Positions 12,396 to 26,593 of a stretch of 64,000 nt of DNA are shown piece after piece. The stretch's first letter is position 1, and each line of letters opens with the position of its first letter. Location of the stretch: NCBI RefSeq assembly GCF_003918875.1, contig NW_025767479.1, positions 620,001 through 684,000 of the forward strand. The letters run 5' to 3'. Under the pieces are notes generated by a model that saw only the letters and a program-made list of their open reading frames with translations, had not been told where the DNA came from and ran no database searches. The DNA comes from Haliotis rubra (taxonomy: Eukaryota). A program made the position numbers and the translations under genes.

Positions 12396-14576
12396 TAAAC
12401 ACTGCCTCTGTTACCATTGATCGCACGCTCCGCATACACAACACACATTTCAGTAAGGTCATTTTATGAACATATATAAAACCCGTACTTATAACGATCG
12501 TTTACTATTATTATTATGATAATTACTACGGCCAATCGCAAGTGTGACAATGCATTCACGTATAGGAGACAATCTCGCTAATGGTTATTATGAAAAATAT
12601 ACCCCCCCCCCAAAAAAAAAAAACCCCGTCCGTCAGTATCTGTCGAGTTCCGGTTGCCCTCTCCATTTGGAAACATGACACCAATCAACTTGACCCAGAG
12701 AATTCCTTCACATCATAGTACATTAACCACACATACAATATATATATACACACAATAAATATATTTCATATTCATGCTAAGCGCCCCTCATACACGGGCA
12801 AGATTTATTTAAAATTTACAACGTTACATTTCACTGCATCCGATACAGCTAGTAGAGCTACCGTTCACAAATCAACTGTTATATGTATCCAGTCATATTT
12901 ACACAACAAATATCGATATGGTTTACTTTGATGGCAGTACGTGTATTCAACGATCATGCTGTGGGACGCTTTTGTATGTGACGTTTGAATTACGAACTAA
13001 CAATGTTGGCTATGTTGACAAATGTCTTGAAATGCATTGGGTTAGGTCAGCTGGTACATTACAATAACAGTGTTTTTTTTCTGCTGATTCCGCCCATTCC
13101 CTTCTGTCTGTAGCCAGCAGTGTCAGCATGACACTGCGTGACGTGTCAATCACCCATCTCTCTCCTTACATCGAATAATACTGTTATATGACAATAGCTG
13201 TGTTTATTTACGCGTATAGAGTCGTAACGTGGTGCGTATTCCTTCGTGGTTGATGACAACGATGCGACACAATACGTGGACGTTGATGGTAGCTCCACGG
13301 TTACAAATGTCTAATATTTTATGCTGCTTTGGCCGCAAGCTGTTTTTAAATTGATTCGTGTAAATATTTTACTCAATTCCCGTGACAATCGATCCGACAT
13401 CAATGCAGTCTTTGTGAACGCCGTAGAACTACAATGCCCCAGTCGCTGTATTCAAATACCCATACAAAACACTGCAAGAAACAGGATTCAGGCTGATTCA
13501 GCCTGATTCAGATCATATGGGAGTCAACCTGCTCAAACACATCGCAGTACGAGGCGGAACAGTGTGATATGGACGTAATGAGTTGCCCATTGCAGATGTT
13601 ACCCTGTCATCTTGCCCCTACCCCGTCACGTCGATACATAGGCAGGAGCTGGACCCAACAATGCCCCCACGTTAGCATCGATTTATTATCGATCGCTTGT
13701 ATCACCCTTTTCATCAGCATATATCCCAGGTTTTAATGAGAACGTAATCAACGATGTGTATAGAGGTCGTTCGACGACAATCAGTGACTATTTGTCGATG
13801 TTATGTCATAGTATCGTTATTCAGAAAGACTTCGATTCTAATGTTGTCACGTGATCATATAGCGTCAACACGCCCTTGGAGCACTCCGTCAGGTCTACCA
13901 ATTAGCAATGGTTGAAACCACATGGCCTCAGAATAGATTGAAGTCAATGCAAGTTGATTACCTCTGCTAATTTCCCTTGTGTTGGTGCCAGTAAAGGACA
14001 AAATCCTAGGAATCATTTTGCATAATGCGGCCACCTGTACAGTGATTTAGTCTTCGTTCTGCTTTGAAGTGCCGACGGCCTTGACATTCACTATGGCAGC
14101 CATCTCTCCCCTTGACTAAGCTGCCATATTATCCAAGTTCTTGCTTCCGATGAATCAGTATGTCCGTCTTTGCCACCACCTGCACCTCGACAGTCATACC
14201 TGGACCTGTCCACGACTCTGATCAATGGCTTCTATTGACTAGTGGTGTGGACTTATACCAGTTATACATTATAGATCGTACACGTGTCTGAAGAAATAAA
14301 ATGGTTATCTTTACCCATAAAAACAACATTAAGAATTTAAATACAACCGTTAGTTGACATCCGTTCTGCATGTCAAGTTGTGACTTAGTCACTGACTTTC
14401 AAATATTTGGGAGGGGTACAAACTAATGTGGATGGATCTTGATGACCTTTCAAACAATTGTCATTGTACTTTGGTCGGGATGACTGAAAAGATGGAACAT
14501 TGTCACCGTTACCTGTTACATTACGAAAATGTTAGTTTTAATACCAATCAGTTTTCAAAAGGGATAATGTTGGTTC

Positions 14577-14577
14577 T

Positions 14578-14613
<36 letters not shown>
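14577..14613. repeat. Compound (TG)n(AG)n microsatellite
   Basis: Directly visible in the sequence. Confidence 0.95.
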
Positions 14614-14616
<3 letters not shown>

Positions 14617-15189
14617 GGGGATAGAGAGACTAATTAATGGCATTCAATTCCACATTGATAGTTAACTATTAACCAATTACATCATTTATTGTTATGTCAG
14701 TGCAAGAAAGTCATGATATTAACAAACGCTGATGAGTCAGATGGACTTGCGTGTGCCCACTACCACAGGGTGAGATTCCTGGTGGAGTATACTGCCTACA
14801 ATCTATGTGTCGGTGTCGGGTAACACACGTCCTACATTGTTCATCGGAATAGGGAGGTCGCGAAAACACGTGACAGCTGTTCTATGTGCGACTCTGTGCT
14901 GAGTTAATACTGTTATGATAAACCACAGGTAAATTGTGTTATGTATATTCATAAGCCTGTTTTAGATTCCAACTGAATAATAGGATGTATATATGCGAAA
15001 AACACACGCATCACTTAATAGTATTTCATCAACAAAAACCTTCGAAGGATGTCTTCTTCCCAAGTAATTACATTAACGGTTGGATTTCAAACAATCACTT
15101 AGATACATATTTCTACCTTATTACTTTCGTACATGTAACCATTGAAACAATGTGTTTTAGAAAACACGGTTGAGGTCATTTTAGGACTG

Positions 15190-15355
15190 TGGGATGGTGA
15201 TGGGATAAAGGGATTAAACCGTTCGCTTTTCACGCCGTAACCTGGGTTGGACTCCCCATTGAGGTACAAGATGTGAAGCTCAATTCTGGTGTTCCCAGAT
15301 GTGGCTGGGTTATTGCTGCAATATTGCTGAAAGCGGCGTAAGACAATATTCACTT
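15190..15355 (+). mobile_element. Family B tRNA-SINE (diverged)
   Basis: TTAAACCGTTCGCT..TCACGCCG...GTGAAGCTCAATTCTGGTG...AATATTGCTGAAAGCGGCGTAA. Confidence 0.8.
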
Positions 15356-18054
15356 AGGCCTATCGGAGACAGTCTCAATGATGCAATGCGATGGCGAGAT
15401 ATAAAGACCTAAATATTATTGACTGCGGTTAGTAAATAAATAGCTCGAGCCCTATTTCAGTGAGACTCCATGCAAGATCATACGCATGACATTCTGATTT
15501 GCTATTGTCCAAAGTTAAATGCCATCCACACCATGAAACACTTGCGGCTTCCCTCAGTCATAGTAAACAGGCTCAGGTAGACAATACATGTCGGTATGAG
15601 TGATTGATGGAATATATACAGGTGAAGCGAAGCTGCTGACAGCAGTCTATACACTCAGTCCAGCCAGTTGGGCTGTATGGGGAAACCCGATACAGATTGA
15701 CATTTAACAACATACCAATCGGCGACTGTCGCAAGCCTTTCTCATTTTACGTAACTGTCAACTTACTGCAGTATATCGTTCGGACTGTAGTAGGTACAGT
15801 TTAATATCATTTCTCACTGCAGGTAAACGGGTTTTTTATGTAAGTGACCCAGTTGTGGCATAAACCTTTGAAAACGTCCCATTCGCATCTGGACCTCTTG
15901 GTTTTGGTGTTGTCGCTGCAGATGGAGTAGTACCAGTACTGGTATGTAGTTGAACACTTTTCATGGTGCCGTATTTTCAATAGGGAAGATTCTCAGATTG
16001 CTACGATCTGCATTTAAAACAGAAGTGTGCCAAAAGTAGTAGGTAAATAATTGATACCCAATCTCGCTGCAGTTAAATCGTTTTGGACTAAAATGACCCA
16101 TATTTGATATACATTCTTAAAACATCCCCTTCAAATCTAGACCTGTTGGTTTTGGTATTGTCGCTTCAGACGGAGACACTATAGTCTGTGACTTTTATTG
16201 CCGTCACTTAAAGGAAGTATTATTTTGTTATGTACTGTACACCGAAACATGGGGTTGGGATTTGAGGAGGGGGATAACGTCTTCATCCGCTCCCTAGATG
16301 CCATCCTGAACGGGCGATTACCATATATACGAGCAGAGAAGTGTGTTGTATGGACGCGAGCACTCGACCCGGAGCTCGGAGGACACTCTCTAATCTCCCA
16401 TTTCACCACTCTGATTACTTTTTTTTACAAATTACTGGAAAGACGGTCGAACCTATTAATTTCCTTTAAACGTTAATGTCAGTATAGACGCTATCTTCGA
16501 GTTTAATATTGGCCTCTTTCCTCCCTAAAGGTCAATTACAAGGCTTTACTGACTGAACCGCATGCGGATATGTTAATGTCAAGACTGAAATGTGTAATCA
16601 AGGAAATATAGTGTTGTCGCTTAACTCTTCGTGGAAAGGCCATCACAAGTTCATATTTCATCCATAACTGAGGTCAGAGTCAATGAAGTCATTTATTGTT
16701 AATAACATACCAAGTTCAACGCTACATGGCATATGTGTGACGGTATATAATAAGTCTTAATGATCTTGTACCTTGTACATTTTAATAATGTACCCGCATC
16801 CGATACCAGTACTTGTATGTACAAATGTACCTGAACACTTTTAAGGTACCTTGTTTTCCAAAGAAAAGATGGCCAGATTTATAAGAACTGCGTGAAAATT
16901 GAGAAGTTTTTTGTTGTCACGTACGTTGTGACAAAACGACAGACATCACACGGTGCCTTAAGACGAATGACCATAAGTTGACCTTGAGAGCCGAGTACGG
17001 TTGAAGGTCACGTATAGATCAGGCGACCGAAGACGTGGACCCGGGGAGAAAGATGATGCGGTATTGTCAGTGATCAATACCATTGAGCCACTCGGTCAAT
17101 ACGACAAGGCAGACACCACCGGACTCCATATCACGCCAAACAACATTTACACTGGCCGTATTAATATCAATTTGCACGGCCATAATCAAGTCAGTTGTGT
17201 CTCGAAGACGCTGTATAACATTGTCTGGGTTTGTTTGAGCGCATACTGTGCTGTATTCTCCTCGGCAGTAAGGAAATACGAAGTCCTCCCCGGGTTTCAA
17301 GGAATCTGCTGACGAACCGTTTCGACAAGCAGTGCGTTTTGGTGGCTGCTTTACATACGCTATCTCGGCGCGTGCGCATGTCTCCTGAGGCAGTGTATGT
17401 ATCGAATTCACTGCTCGTGTACCACGTGCACGGGAAAATACATCGGAAGGTAGATACTCCATGCCTGTTGACAGGAATCGTTACCATGACAACGTCATGG
17501 CGAACACAACAAGCGCCGTTGTGACAATTGCTCTTTCACTGGCACAACACACCCTCTGCTACAGTTGAATACAGGACTTCATACTGGAAGTTCCGTATTA
17601 ATTACTCAGATTTGTTAGTTATGGTTAATTGTTTAGAAATATCTTGTATCAGCCTGTGTGTCTACATGGGAGCACCTGAGACCCGAACTGTAACAAGGTC
17701 TGTGGAGGCTCCCCTGCCAGCGTGGTGTCGGCTACAGTTTACGGATGACATTTCTACAAGTAAACTGTTCAGTATTCTGTAATAATTCACAGGCGTTCGT
17801 CAAGTCCGGTTTAATGATACTTTACATTGAAAATACACAAGTTGTTTAAGAAGAAGGGTTAAGGGGTGGTTATAAAGTATACATTTTGGAAGGAATGGTG
17901 TTAGTTATCACTTGGATAATCATGAATATACGAACAATCTTTATGCTTGTTTCGTGATATGGTTGATAATACAGGCAAATGATCTGGGTTTTTGTTATTA
18001 GATGCATAGTATACCCTTCCTCATTTCCATTCCCTTTTGTGTCATTCCTAACAT

Positions 18055-18201
18055 GGGCTGTTGGGTAGTTTAGTGAATAAAGCTTTCGCTCGTCACGCCG
18101 AAGCCTGATTTCGAATCTGTTGGTACAATGTGTAAAGCCCTTTTGTGATGCTCCCTGATCTGGTATAGCTGGAATGTTGCTAAACCCAACTCACTCGCTC
18201 A
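18055..18201 (+). mobile_element. Family B tRNA-SINE (diverged)
   Basis: GGGTAG.TTAGTG..TAAAGC.TTCGCTCGTCACGCCGAAG...GGTACAATGTGTAAAGCCC plus an ACTC tail. Confidence 0.8.
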
Positions 18202-18410
18202 TAACAGTAGTAGAGACGTGTACACACTAGTGTTAATCTACCCGAGACCGAGAGGCACTGAAAAACTTAAATATACCAGTCTTGAAGATTACAAGATTGC
18301 AAAATATTTTCAAAATCTTATATCAAGCGTTGTATCAGAGAGCCGTGATACAAATCCAGATACACGTTTCTATGTATTTTATGACCTATTGCCAACACAC
18401 ACTGCACAGG

Positions 18411-18565
18411 GGGGCGGTGGGGTAGCCTAATATTTAAAGCGTTCACTCGTCACGCCAAAGACCCGGGTTCGATTCCCCACCTGGGTACAATGTGTGAAGC
18501 CTATTTCTGGTGTCCCCCGCCGTGATATTGCTGCTAAAAGCGGCGTGAAACTAAACTCACCCACT
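18411..18565 (+). mobile_element. Family B tRNA-Asp-derived SINE
   Basis: tRNA head with GTC anticodon context and B box GGTTCGATTCC. Imperfect TSD CACTGCACAG/CACTACACAG. Confidence 0.92.
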
Positions 18566-21500
18566 CACTACACAGAAGACATTAAAACCACATGAATCAC
18601 TACAACAGATAATCTACGATGTCATGCCACGTATTTGATATGAAACAATCTAGTTTTCTTGAACTGCTTTAACTTTAGAGTGGTATACTCAGAATTATCA
18701 ACTGATATCTCAGACTGGTCGCACATGTTGCCGGTGGACGATTCTCTCGACTAGACGACTATTTTCCCCTGAAGATTCCATGAATCAAGAATTCAGGATT
18801 TTGTGCTGAACAACCCTTGCTATAGGTCCAACCGTTGTGTGAAGGATCATGTTGAGTATGGTTGTCCTCGGGTTCGAGTTGCGACGTGAATATGGTCCAC
18901 TATGCCACAGCTGTCATCCTCGTTGTGTCAGTGAACGGAGACCGTGAATAACACACACATTGTACGCCATATATACACACATATTGCTTCACCCTGGGAT
19001 GTACTGGAACTGTATGTGGTGTATGTATACAGCTCTACTGTAACCACGTGGGTTTGGGAATAGTTGTTTGGGATAGTATTTCACATGGTAGAGTGCACGA
19101 AATCATATTTCTTGAAATTGTTTCCTTGTTCCTGGCGAGAGCGTTTCATTGGAATGCGTTATCTCGGGTTTACAGCAAACACACAATAGATCATTGAGCA
19201 GCTAACAGTTTTATCAGTGGAATTATTTCGAATCTGAATATACGACGCCTACTTCATGATATGACTAACTGGGTTTAGTCGGTTTCAAATAAGGATGTTT
19301 TTTGTGTTTAGGGTATGTTGAGTGTCTGTATCTCTTGCCTTTCAAGTGATTAGAGGCAGCACATGTGACTTCCCGAATCACGATAAATTCATAAAGAACT
19401 CGATGGCAGGAGGTTTAGTGTAACATCTCGCCTCTCTTGTCTCATTTAGAGAACAGTAATGAACGCTTGGGGCCTTATCTCCCTTATCATAGAACAATCG
19501 CCGCTAGGTGGCGCCTAATTGGTCCAAAATAGTTGCCTATCGCCCAGCTATGTCGTCCATGAAGCCCTTACGGAAGATGGCCAAGATCCCGTAAAGGTGT
19601 GAAAATAGTAACATAATGCAGAGAACGACAAAACCAGTGTCACACACCGAGAAATCTTCAAGTAAAGAGCGTGATTGATGTGCCACGTAGTATTATCGAA
19701 GTTGTATGAAAGGATAGTATTTAGAGAATCGTTCCTTCCAAATTTGATAAAATCATACCTCTGTGACATCAGCCTCCTTTAGCAGCAGACAATTATTACA
19801 GCTACGCCAGATATGGGAGATGATAAATAATATTTTGAAATTCCCTAAACAGGAGGCATGGCATACTCAAAACATAGACAATCATCCCAAATTACAATCC
19901 TTAAAAGACTGAAAAGACTCAAATATACTCAGCTCGACAAGGGCTGCTTCGTGTTGCTGGGGCCCAAAGCGACTTGCCTTGAGTTGGTTTCAGTGCATAT
20001 GCCAACGTTTGAATGAACATTAACAAAGTCTTAGTGTACTAATTAACTCCATCTTATCTGATTAGCCTGAGATGCGCCTGGACACATGGTTGGTGTAGCT
20101 GAACTGGAACCACCAGTCTGTCTTGACTTCAGCACACCTCTTTGTGGAAGTCAAACATCAAGGGATCGACGTCAGAGACTGTGACTATACGTATTTGCCA
20201 ATATCACTACCATTGACTACCGTTGAGAATGATATTGTAATTAGTCAAAAGACAGCGTCATGTTTTGTACCGTTCTTGAAACAATTCGCTGACGGTTGTG
20301 TCGACCTCGCCATGCATGTGTACACTCCTCTGCACCGCACGTACACTCCGTTCCACTGAGCAGATCGCCCTTCGGGTGTAACCGGCGCTGTTGGTGGATG
20401 TGGTTTGGTCTTGTGATGTGTGACTCGTTGGAGATTGTAGAACCAGATACCATATAATAAATCATTATTATTTATTATATGGTATCTGGTAGAACGTCAT
20501 ATTTGTCGAATCTCGAGTCTTATGAAATCATTCTATTCAGGCCTCTGTGTTGGTTGTATGTCTGTCCTTCTCAAATATCCCGGATTCTGGAGCAATCCCG
20601 TAGCAGTAATTGGGTTTTTGTAGAGTTTTATTCGGAGGTTTAGGCAAATATTACTGTTTGACAAATGTTTGTAATACCCAGCGATATCCTACATGTGTTC
20701 CCCATAATAACACAAACCACCCGATGAAAACACCTGTGTTGTATATAAGACGAGCGTTCCTGCTGCTCCTGACGCCGTCTTGATACCAACACCTGCATAT
20801 CGGAATGTGTTCCGTGTACTCTGTGGAACTCTGTACTTTGATACTATATACCGGATATTTACGAGATAAAGTTTTAATTATACCATGCACTGCCAACACC
20901 TAATGTCTATGTCGAAGTAGAGTAACCTCCCCTGAATGTCGCACCTGTTTCAATCAGCGCGTTTTCCGTGCAGTACTGTTGACTTTAAAAAAGCCGTGCA
21001 GAATTGTTGATTTAGAAGCTGTATGTCCAGCCATTCTAATTTCAAAAAGAGGGTACATATGAAACGCTGTCACGAAGGTCAATACATTAATCAGAGAAAA
21101 TGCGTGTTTTGATATGGTAAGTGAATCTCGCCTCCATCAAAATGGCGTGCTCATCCTAAATCTGAGTACGGCTAGACGATGATGAGCGTGCTCGCCAAGC
21201 AACACCCTGTGACGGCTTAATTTGATTAAACACAAATCCTTGAAAGCTGTTAGTACATATGTCGGGGATTTATTGGCCGTAGCATGCGCATTTACACCTG
21301 GCTAACTGCCAATCAGCTCGTCTGATTTCACAAGAATGAGCTGGGAATGGAGAATGCACTGCTAATTTTACTTGGGCGAAAGTGCGTGATGCATTCTGGT
21401 CATCCCGACTCCAGATATTACTGATGGAATCATTTCCCTCAGATTCAAGGTCGATGCCTGCAAATTCCTGCTGCCGAAGTCACGACTGAGATTTCCGAGT

Positions 21501-21661
21501 CATAAGAACGTTTTCTGACTCAGCCATGCTGACTTAATTGAACATGAAACCTCGCAGTATGTGACAAACAGAATGTATCTGCGCAAAACAGTTTACTTCA
21601 ACAGATTTCCTCGTCTTGAGGCTTAATGATCTCATATATATGATACATGTCTTGAAGTTTT

Positions 21662-21810
21662 GGGACGGTGAGGTAGCATAGTGGTTAAAGGCTCGTCACA
21701 CCGGGGTTCGATTCCCCACATGGGTACAATGTGTGAAGCCCATTTCTGCTGCCCCTCGCCGTGATGCTGCTGGAATATTTCTAAAAGCGGCGTAAAACCA
21801 TACTCACTCA
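21662..21810 (+). mobile_element. Family B tRNA-SINE
   Basis: A and B boxes and the family B body. TSD CTTGAAGTTT/CTTGACGTTT. Confidence 0.92.
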
Positions 21811-22398
21811 CTTGACGTTTCGGTGACCAATATCTTGTGACGTTACCATCTCATTTGATATACACAGTTCATAATTCAGTTCAGAATATTGCTGATCGAG
21901 TTATGTATTGGCTACCGATATCAATGACTAGTACACTTACACGGAAATGTATGCCTTACACATATACAAAGGAGAACAGGGCATATTTGGAAGTGTGTGC
22001 GGTACAAAATAATTTCGTTGCGATCAATTACGCACGGGTAGCACGTGCACTGGCATGAACCGCGTTACGTAACTTTTCTTGACACGTGCCGACCTATATG
22101 GAAGAGTTACGTAATAACACACATGCTTACAAACCAGTAAAAATACCAGCCTGACTGGATTATACAGTATTTGTTGGGCGCCGAAAGGTCTGAGCTTACT
22201 TTTTCTCATCAACTTTGCCGAAATTCTACATCTCATCTGAAGATGACCTAGAAAAGTGTGATGCCACAAAGCTATTAGTTTCGCTGAAGTGCATTTGGGA
22301 GCCATTGTATAGATAGAAGAAAGTTATGGAAGGACCGGTATGTATTATGGAAGGACGGATTAAGGGAGGGCGTGTGTTTGAAGGATGGTGGCCAGAGG

Positions 22399-22544
22399 TG
22401 ACCGCTTTCACCAATATTCCTGCAATATCACAGCGGGGAACACCAGAAATGGGCTTCACACATTGTACTCATGCGGGGAATCGAACCCCGGTCGTCGGCG
22501 TGACGAGCCATCGTTTTATCCACTAGTCTACCCCCATCGCCCCC
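22399..22544 (-). mobile_element. Family B tRNA-SINE
   Basis: Reverse complement of family B with a perfect 13-bp TSD TGGTGGCCAGAGG (22386-22398, 22545-22557). Confidence 0.93.
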
Positions 22545-23312
22545 TGGTGGCCAGAGGAAACAAAAGGGAGTGACATTTAAAGTGGTTCGGCATTTTGTAT
22601 TTTCAGGATCGGTCAGGAAAACCTCTGAACCCTCCAAACCCCCGTAATAAAAGACCCGATTCGTTAAACACGGACCAGCGGTTCGTAACATGCTTTATTA
22701 CTTACGAACATACATTGGCTGTTATAGTCCTTTATGTTGGTCGTTGAAGAACCAGATTCTTCCCCAAAGATTAAGCTACGGTCGGTGTCTGAGGGACCTG
22801 GAGACGTGACTGCCCGGGTGTATGTGTTATAATTAGCGATGATCAAAGCTAGAGGTGTGCCATGTTTTTAGTGGCTGCGGTGGGAGTATGGCAACACCTG
22901 TTTTCACTAACGGAATGAGTAAAGACCATCTTTAGCTGATGAGCTAGAACCTCCTAATGGATCTGAGTGAGGCACCTTCTAGCCAGCCCATGTGCTTGCC
23001 AAGCCTCGCCCAGCTCCACCGCGACAGAAGCGTACTAACGACGGAGCTCGTACAGATGCCATGAAAGGTTTTCGCTGTTTCTGGTTGTTGCTGGCGATGA
23101 AGTGTGTCACGTGACCAACCAGTCAGTTGTCGACACGGAATCTTTTGATTTTTAATTATATAAAGTAGTGCTTAAAAGGGTATTCTTTGAAGTAGGACGC
23201 TCCTGAATCCGTTCTTTCGGTGAGGCTGGAGACAAATGGTTACGTGGAAGGTGTAGTGTAATCATATCGTAACGTTAGCATTCAACTAACTCCTAGGGGT
23301 AACTAGGTGTGT

Positions 23313-23476
23313 GGGGTGGTGCAATACGGATAGCCTTATGGTTAAAGCGGTCGCTCATCGCACCGGGTTCGATTCCCACATGGGTAAGGAGGAATATGTG
23401 AAGCCCATATCTGGTGCCATCCGCGGTGATATTGTAGGAATATTGCTGAAAGCGGCATAAAACAACACTCATTCGC
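23313..23476 (+). mobile_element. Family B tRNA-SINE
   Basis: TAGCCT.ATGGTTAAAGCG..GGGTTCGATTCCCACATGGGTA...GGAATATTGCTGAAAGCGGC. Confidence 0.85.
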
Positions 23477-23521
23477 AAACTGTGCTGTCATGAAAAAAGT
23501 GACTCAGGTTATTATAACATA

Positions 23522-23776
23522 CAGCTTGTTCAGCTTGACCTGAGCTACTCTACATATGCATGGCCCAGGAAGTCAGTTGTCACAAACGACTGGTCGAGTT
23601 AACTTCATTAAATAGGGGAGCAGAGAATGTCAAACGGCGACCTTGTCTCGGCTGTTCGACCATGTTGACTGTCAACTGACAAAGGTGCACGCCTTCACAA
23701 TAATAGACCCAACCAGTTGTGACTCGGTCACGCAATGCATTAGTATTCACTTGATCAGGTCAAGCTGAACAAGCTG
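23522..23776. mobile_element. Tc1/mariner-type MITE
   Basis: Perfect 22-bp TIRs CAGCTTGTTCAGCTTGACCTGA / TCAGGTCAAGCTGAACAAGCTG, each flanked by TA. No ORF. Confidence 0.85.
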
Positions 23777-24610
23777 TAGTGTGAGTATGTTTCTACGCGT
23801 TTCGCAATGTCATGGCGAGTGGTACGGGAAATGACACGTTAGCATCGCAAGAGGATCCACGCCATGAGGGCACGATCTCACAAACACGCTGTTGCGACCC
23901 CTCAAACCGCTAACGACTAGTATGAAGTGCTGGATACTTATTCTGTACCCCACTCCGCTTGTGTTTAGACTCTACTTCGTCAGATTGGTCTTCGGCGTGC
24001 CCATTCAGACATCTGTGATTCTTTAATCAATGTCGAGTGGATATCGTTTATTTTAATAGTCTGATCGTGATACCGATATGGTCACGTGTATATTTGACAT
24101 TTACTGATAGTTACTTTGAACCACATACTAGCGCAGTTAATACAAGGCCAGTTTGATGATAATAGACACAGTCCAACTAAACTTGCCAGGAGAAATGAAT
24201 ACAATATAAGCCTAATTAAATATTTAATTATTGTATTGAGTACGTAAGGTGTAATAGCAAATCTATATTTATCGCTATTTCAACTTACAAATGCTCTTTG
24301 CTACTCGTATACCTTTCTGCAACAATGATGTTTAGGCGTGTCCAGTGACCTTGACCCGGTGATATGACGTGTTTTTAACACATGAGTTCCGGATGCGACC
24401 GAGATTTGATGCTCTCGCAAATTTATACCTGTAAAGACAATACAGATGATCCATAAAGACATTCGGAATTAATCGGATAATTTCACGGAAAAGTTATACT
24501 GTGACTTGTGCTTTCGATCAACTCCATTTGTCCAGGGTAACGTTTCTTCAAGTCAGTACAGAGCCGCCACGATCTCCTTTGCCGCTTCATATCTAAATAC
24601 CGCCACTCCA

Positions 24611-24712
24611 AAGACCCGGGTTCGATTCTCCACACGGATACAACGTGTGTTCCCCGCCGCTATATTGCTGGAATATTGCTAAAAGCGGCGTGACACCATA
24701 CTCACTCGCTCA
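24611..24712 (+). mobile_element. 5'-truncated, internally deleted family B SINE
   Basis: AAGACCCGGGTTCGATTC...ATATTGCTGGAATATTGCTAAAAGCGGCGTG plus an ACTC tail. Confidence 0.8.
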
Positions 24713-26114
24713 TTTCGAAATACGTTATGAGATGGTAGTTATTGTTACCCCGCTCGGCTGTCGACTCGGAGTCAGCAGATGTATTTGCCTACTGGTATGC
24801 ATTTGTTGTCGGTAGAGGATCACAAACTTTACAAATACCGAAGACTATTGTGATATGCGTTACACGCAAAATCGTATGTAATGTTCTTTCTTAAAATTTG
24901 AAAACTGACCATATATTTAGACCATGAGTCGTATATTTATCGAAGACTAAAGATTGAAAGATATCAATGATTTGTGGGATCGAACCGTCACACACGCCAA
25001 TCATTAGGGTTTTGCGGAATTCTGCCTGTCCTCGTAGAAGTTTGGGAATTGATTCTGGCAATCACAACAGTAATCGTGTAACAGAAATAAACTAAGTAGA
25101 ACTATTTATGGCCGATCTTTGAAGTTGTTATGAAAACAGACGAGGGCGTGTGTTTCCATTTGTAGAATTTCAACGAGTAGTCTTAACCCTCTGTTTTATA
25201 ACCTTACCATGAGATGATATTCCGGTAGATTTGTTGCATTATATCGGTATTGGATTCACTGCCTGATGCCACAGCGTCATTATCTGCCTGGATGAGTTTT
25301 ACGACTATTACCCGAGACAAACTGAAGAGGTGCACCTCTGCTAAACGCGATGATGGGAAGGCTTTATCATACATGACTTCCCACCACTTACCTCCCTTAT
25401 TATCATTTGAAGGAGCGAAGGCCGACAGGTAGGCCATGTGGTCTATCTAGGTTATGTTTTCGTGCAAGTTGAGGTAGCTACTTCTAGACAATCCCTTGGC
25501 GCGATATGCCATCGAATTCCTCGTAGCTATAGCAACGAGTCATGGCCACAGTTTTCAGAGAGATCGATTTTTCTTGGTTTTTCCAACAGTCTACAGTAAG
25601 CATACCCATCTGTGTTGTGTTGTACTCGCACATCACCTATGCCACAACATCCCAACATCTTTCGCTCCATAGTAACGGATACCCGTGTTTGTAGCAGAGT
25701 TGGTACCAGTTGGGTCAACTTGTACGGCAAATTGGAATACAGTTTTCTACCATGCAAAGTGGAGCTGCCTAAGTGCCTGTCTGTACTAGTAACAGATTTA
25801 TAGCAATGCAATCAATTACATGCTCTTTTTTCTCATCTTATAGCGATTGATGCTAAACTGCCAACGCATTGCGACCATTTGGCCAATGAAAGTTATTTTC
25901 CGCACGCATACACTCACGAGAGACACAGCTGATGGTGCTAGCCTTGGAAGTGTTCACATGTACACAACGAGATCTCGTGGTAGTATTCCCTGTCCGACTA
26001 GCTGTATGGTTGCGGAGCGTAGCTCTGGTACTTGGATTTCACTTTGCGATTTGGACTAGGCGTGTACTTTCTCATTATAACGCATATTCTTCTTACCATG
26101 TTTCCGCTTGGTCG

Positions 26115-26310
26115 TCGAGTATGTTGAGTTGTGTTCCTTGTATAATGTGTTACGTCGAGTTGTCTAAAAAATTCGACGAATTACATCTCCTATAGTATGT
26201 CGAGTTGTATCTCCCAGTATTTGTCAAATGACACCCGCCTTCAGAATGTCGAGTTGTATCTCCTATAGTTTGTCCAATTACATCTCCTACAATATGTCGA
26301 GTTACGACTG
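26115..26310. repeat. Degenerate tandem repeat of TGTCGAGTTGTATCTCC-like units
   Basis: GTCGAGTT and (AC)ATCTCCTA motifs recur about 5 times at irregular spacing. Confidence 0.55.
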
Positions 26311-26593
26311 AGTACATGTATATGGACTCGTGTGTAAACCACCCATCCACATTCCGCGTAAGTCTATGCACCACAGTTCATCATGAGACACGTGACCTCA
26401 GAGTAACACGATACGTCAAGTTACTTGATACTCCTAGTTATCTCCTAGTCAATACGTTGTTTGTCGATTGGTATAGTATGCATTACTTACTGCTAGTTAT
26501 AAGGGAGGAATTTGTTGATGCTATTCAGAAGAGGGCAATGTATATGGATTTGAGTTAAACGTTCGTCGACACTGCGTCAAGTCTAAAATAACA

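Noticed and set aside
22936-22990. CTGATGA followed by a 7-bp stem (GCTAGAA/TTCTAGC)
   Set aside because: No GAAA follows the stem, so the hammerhead core is incomplete.
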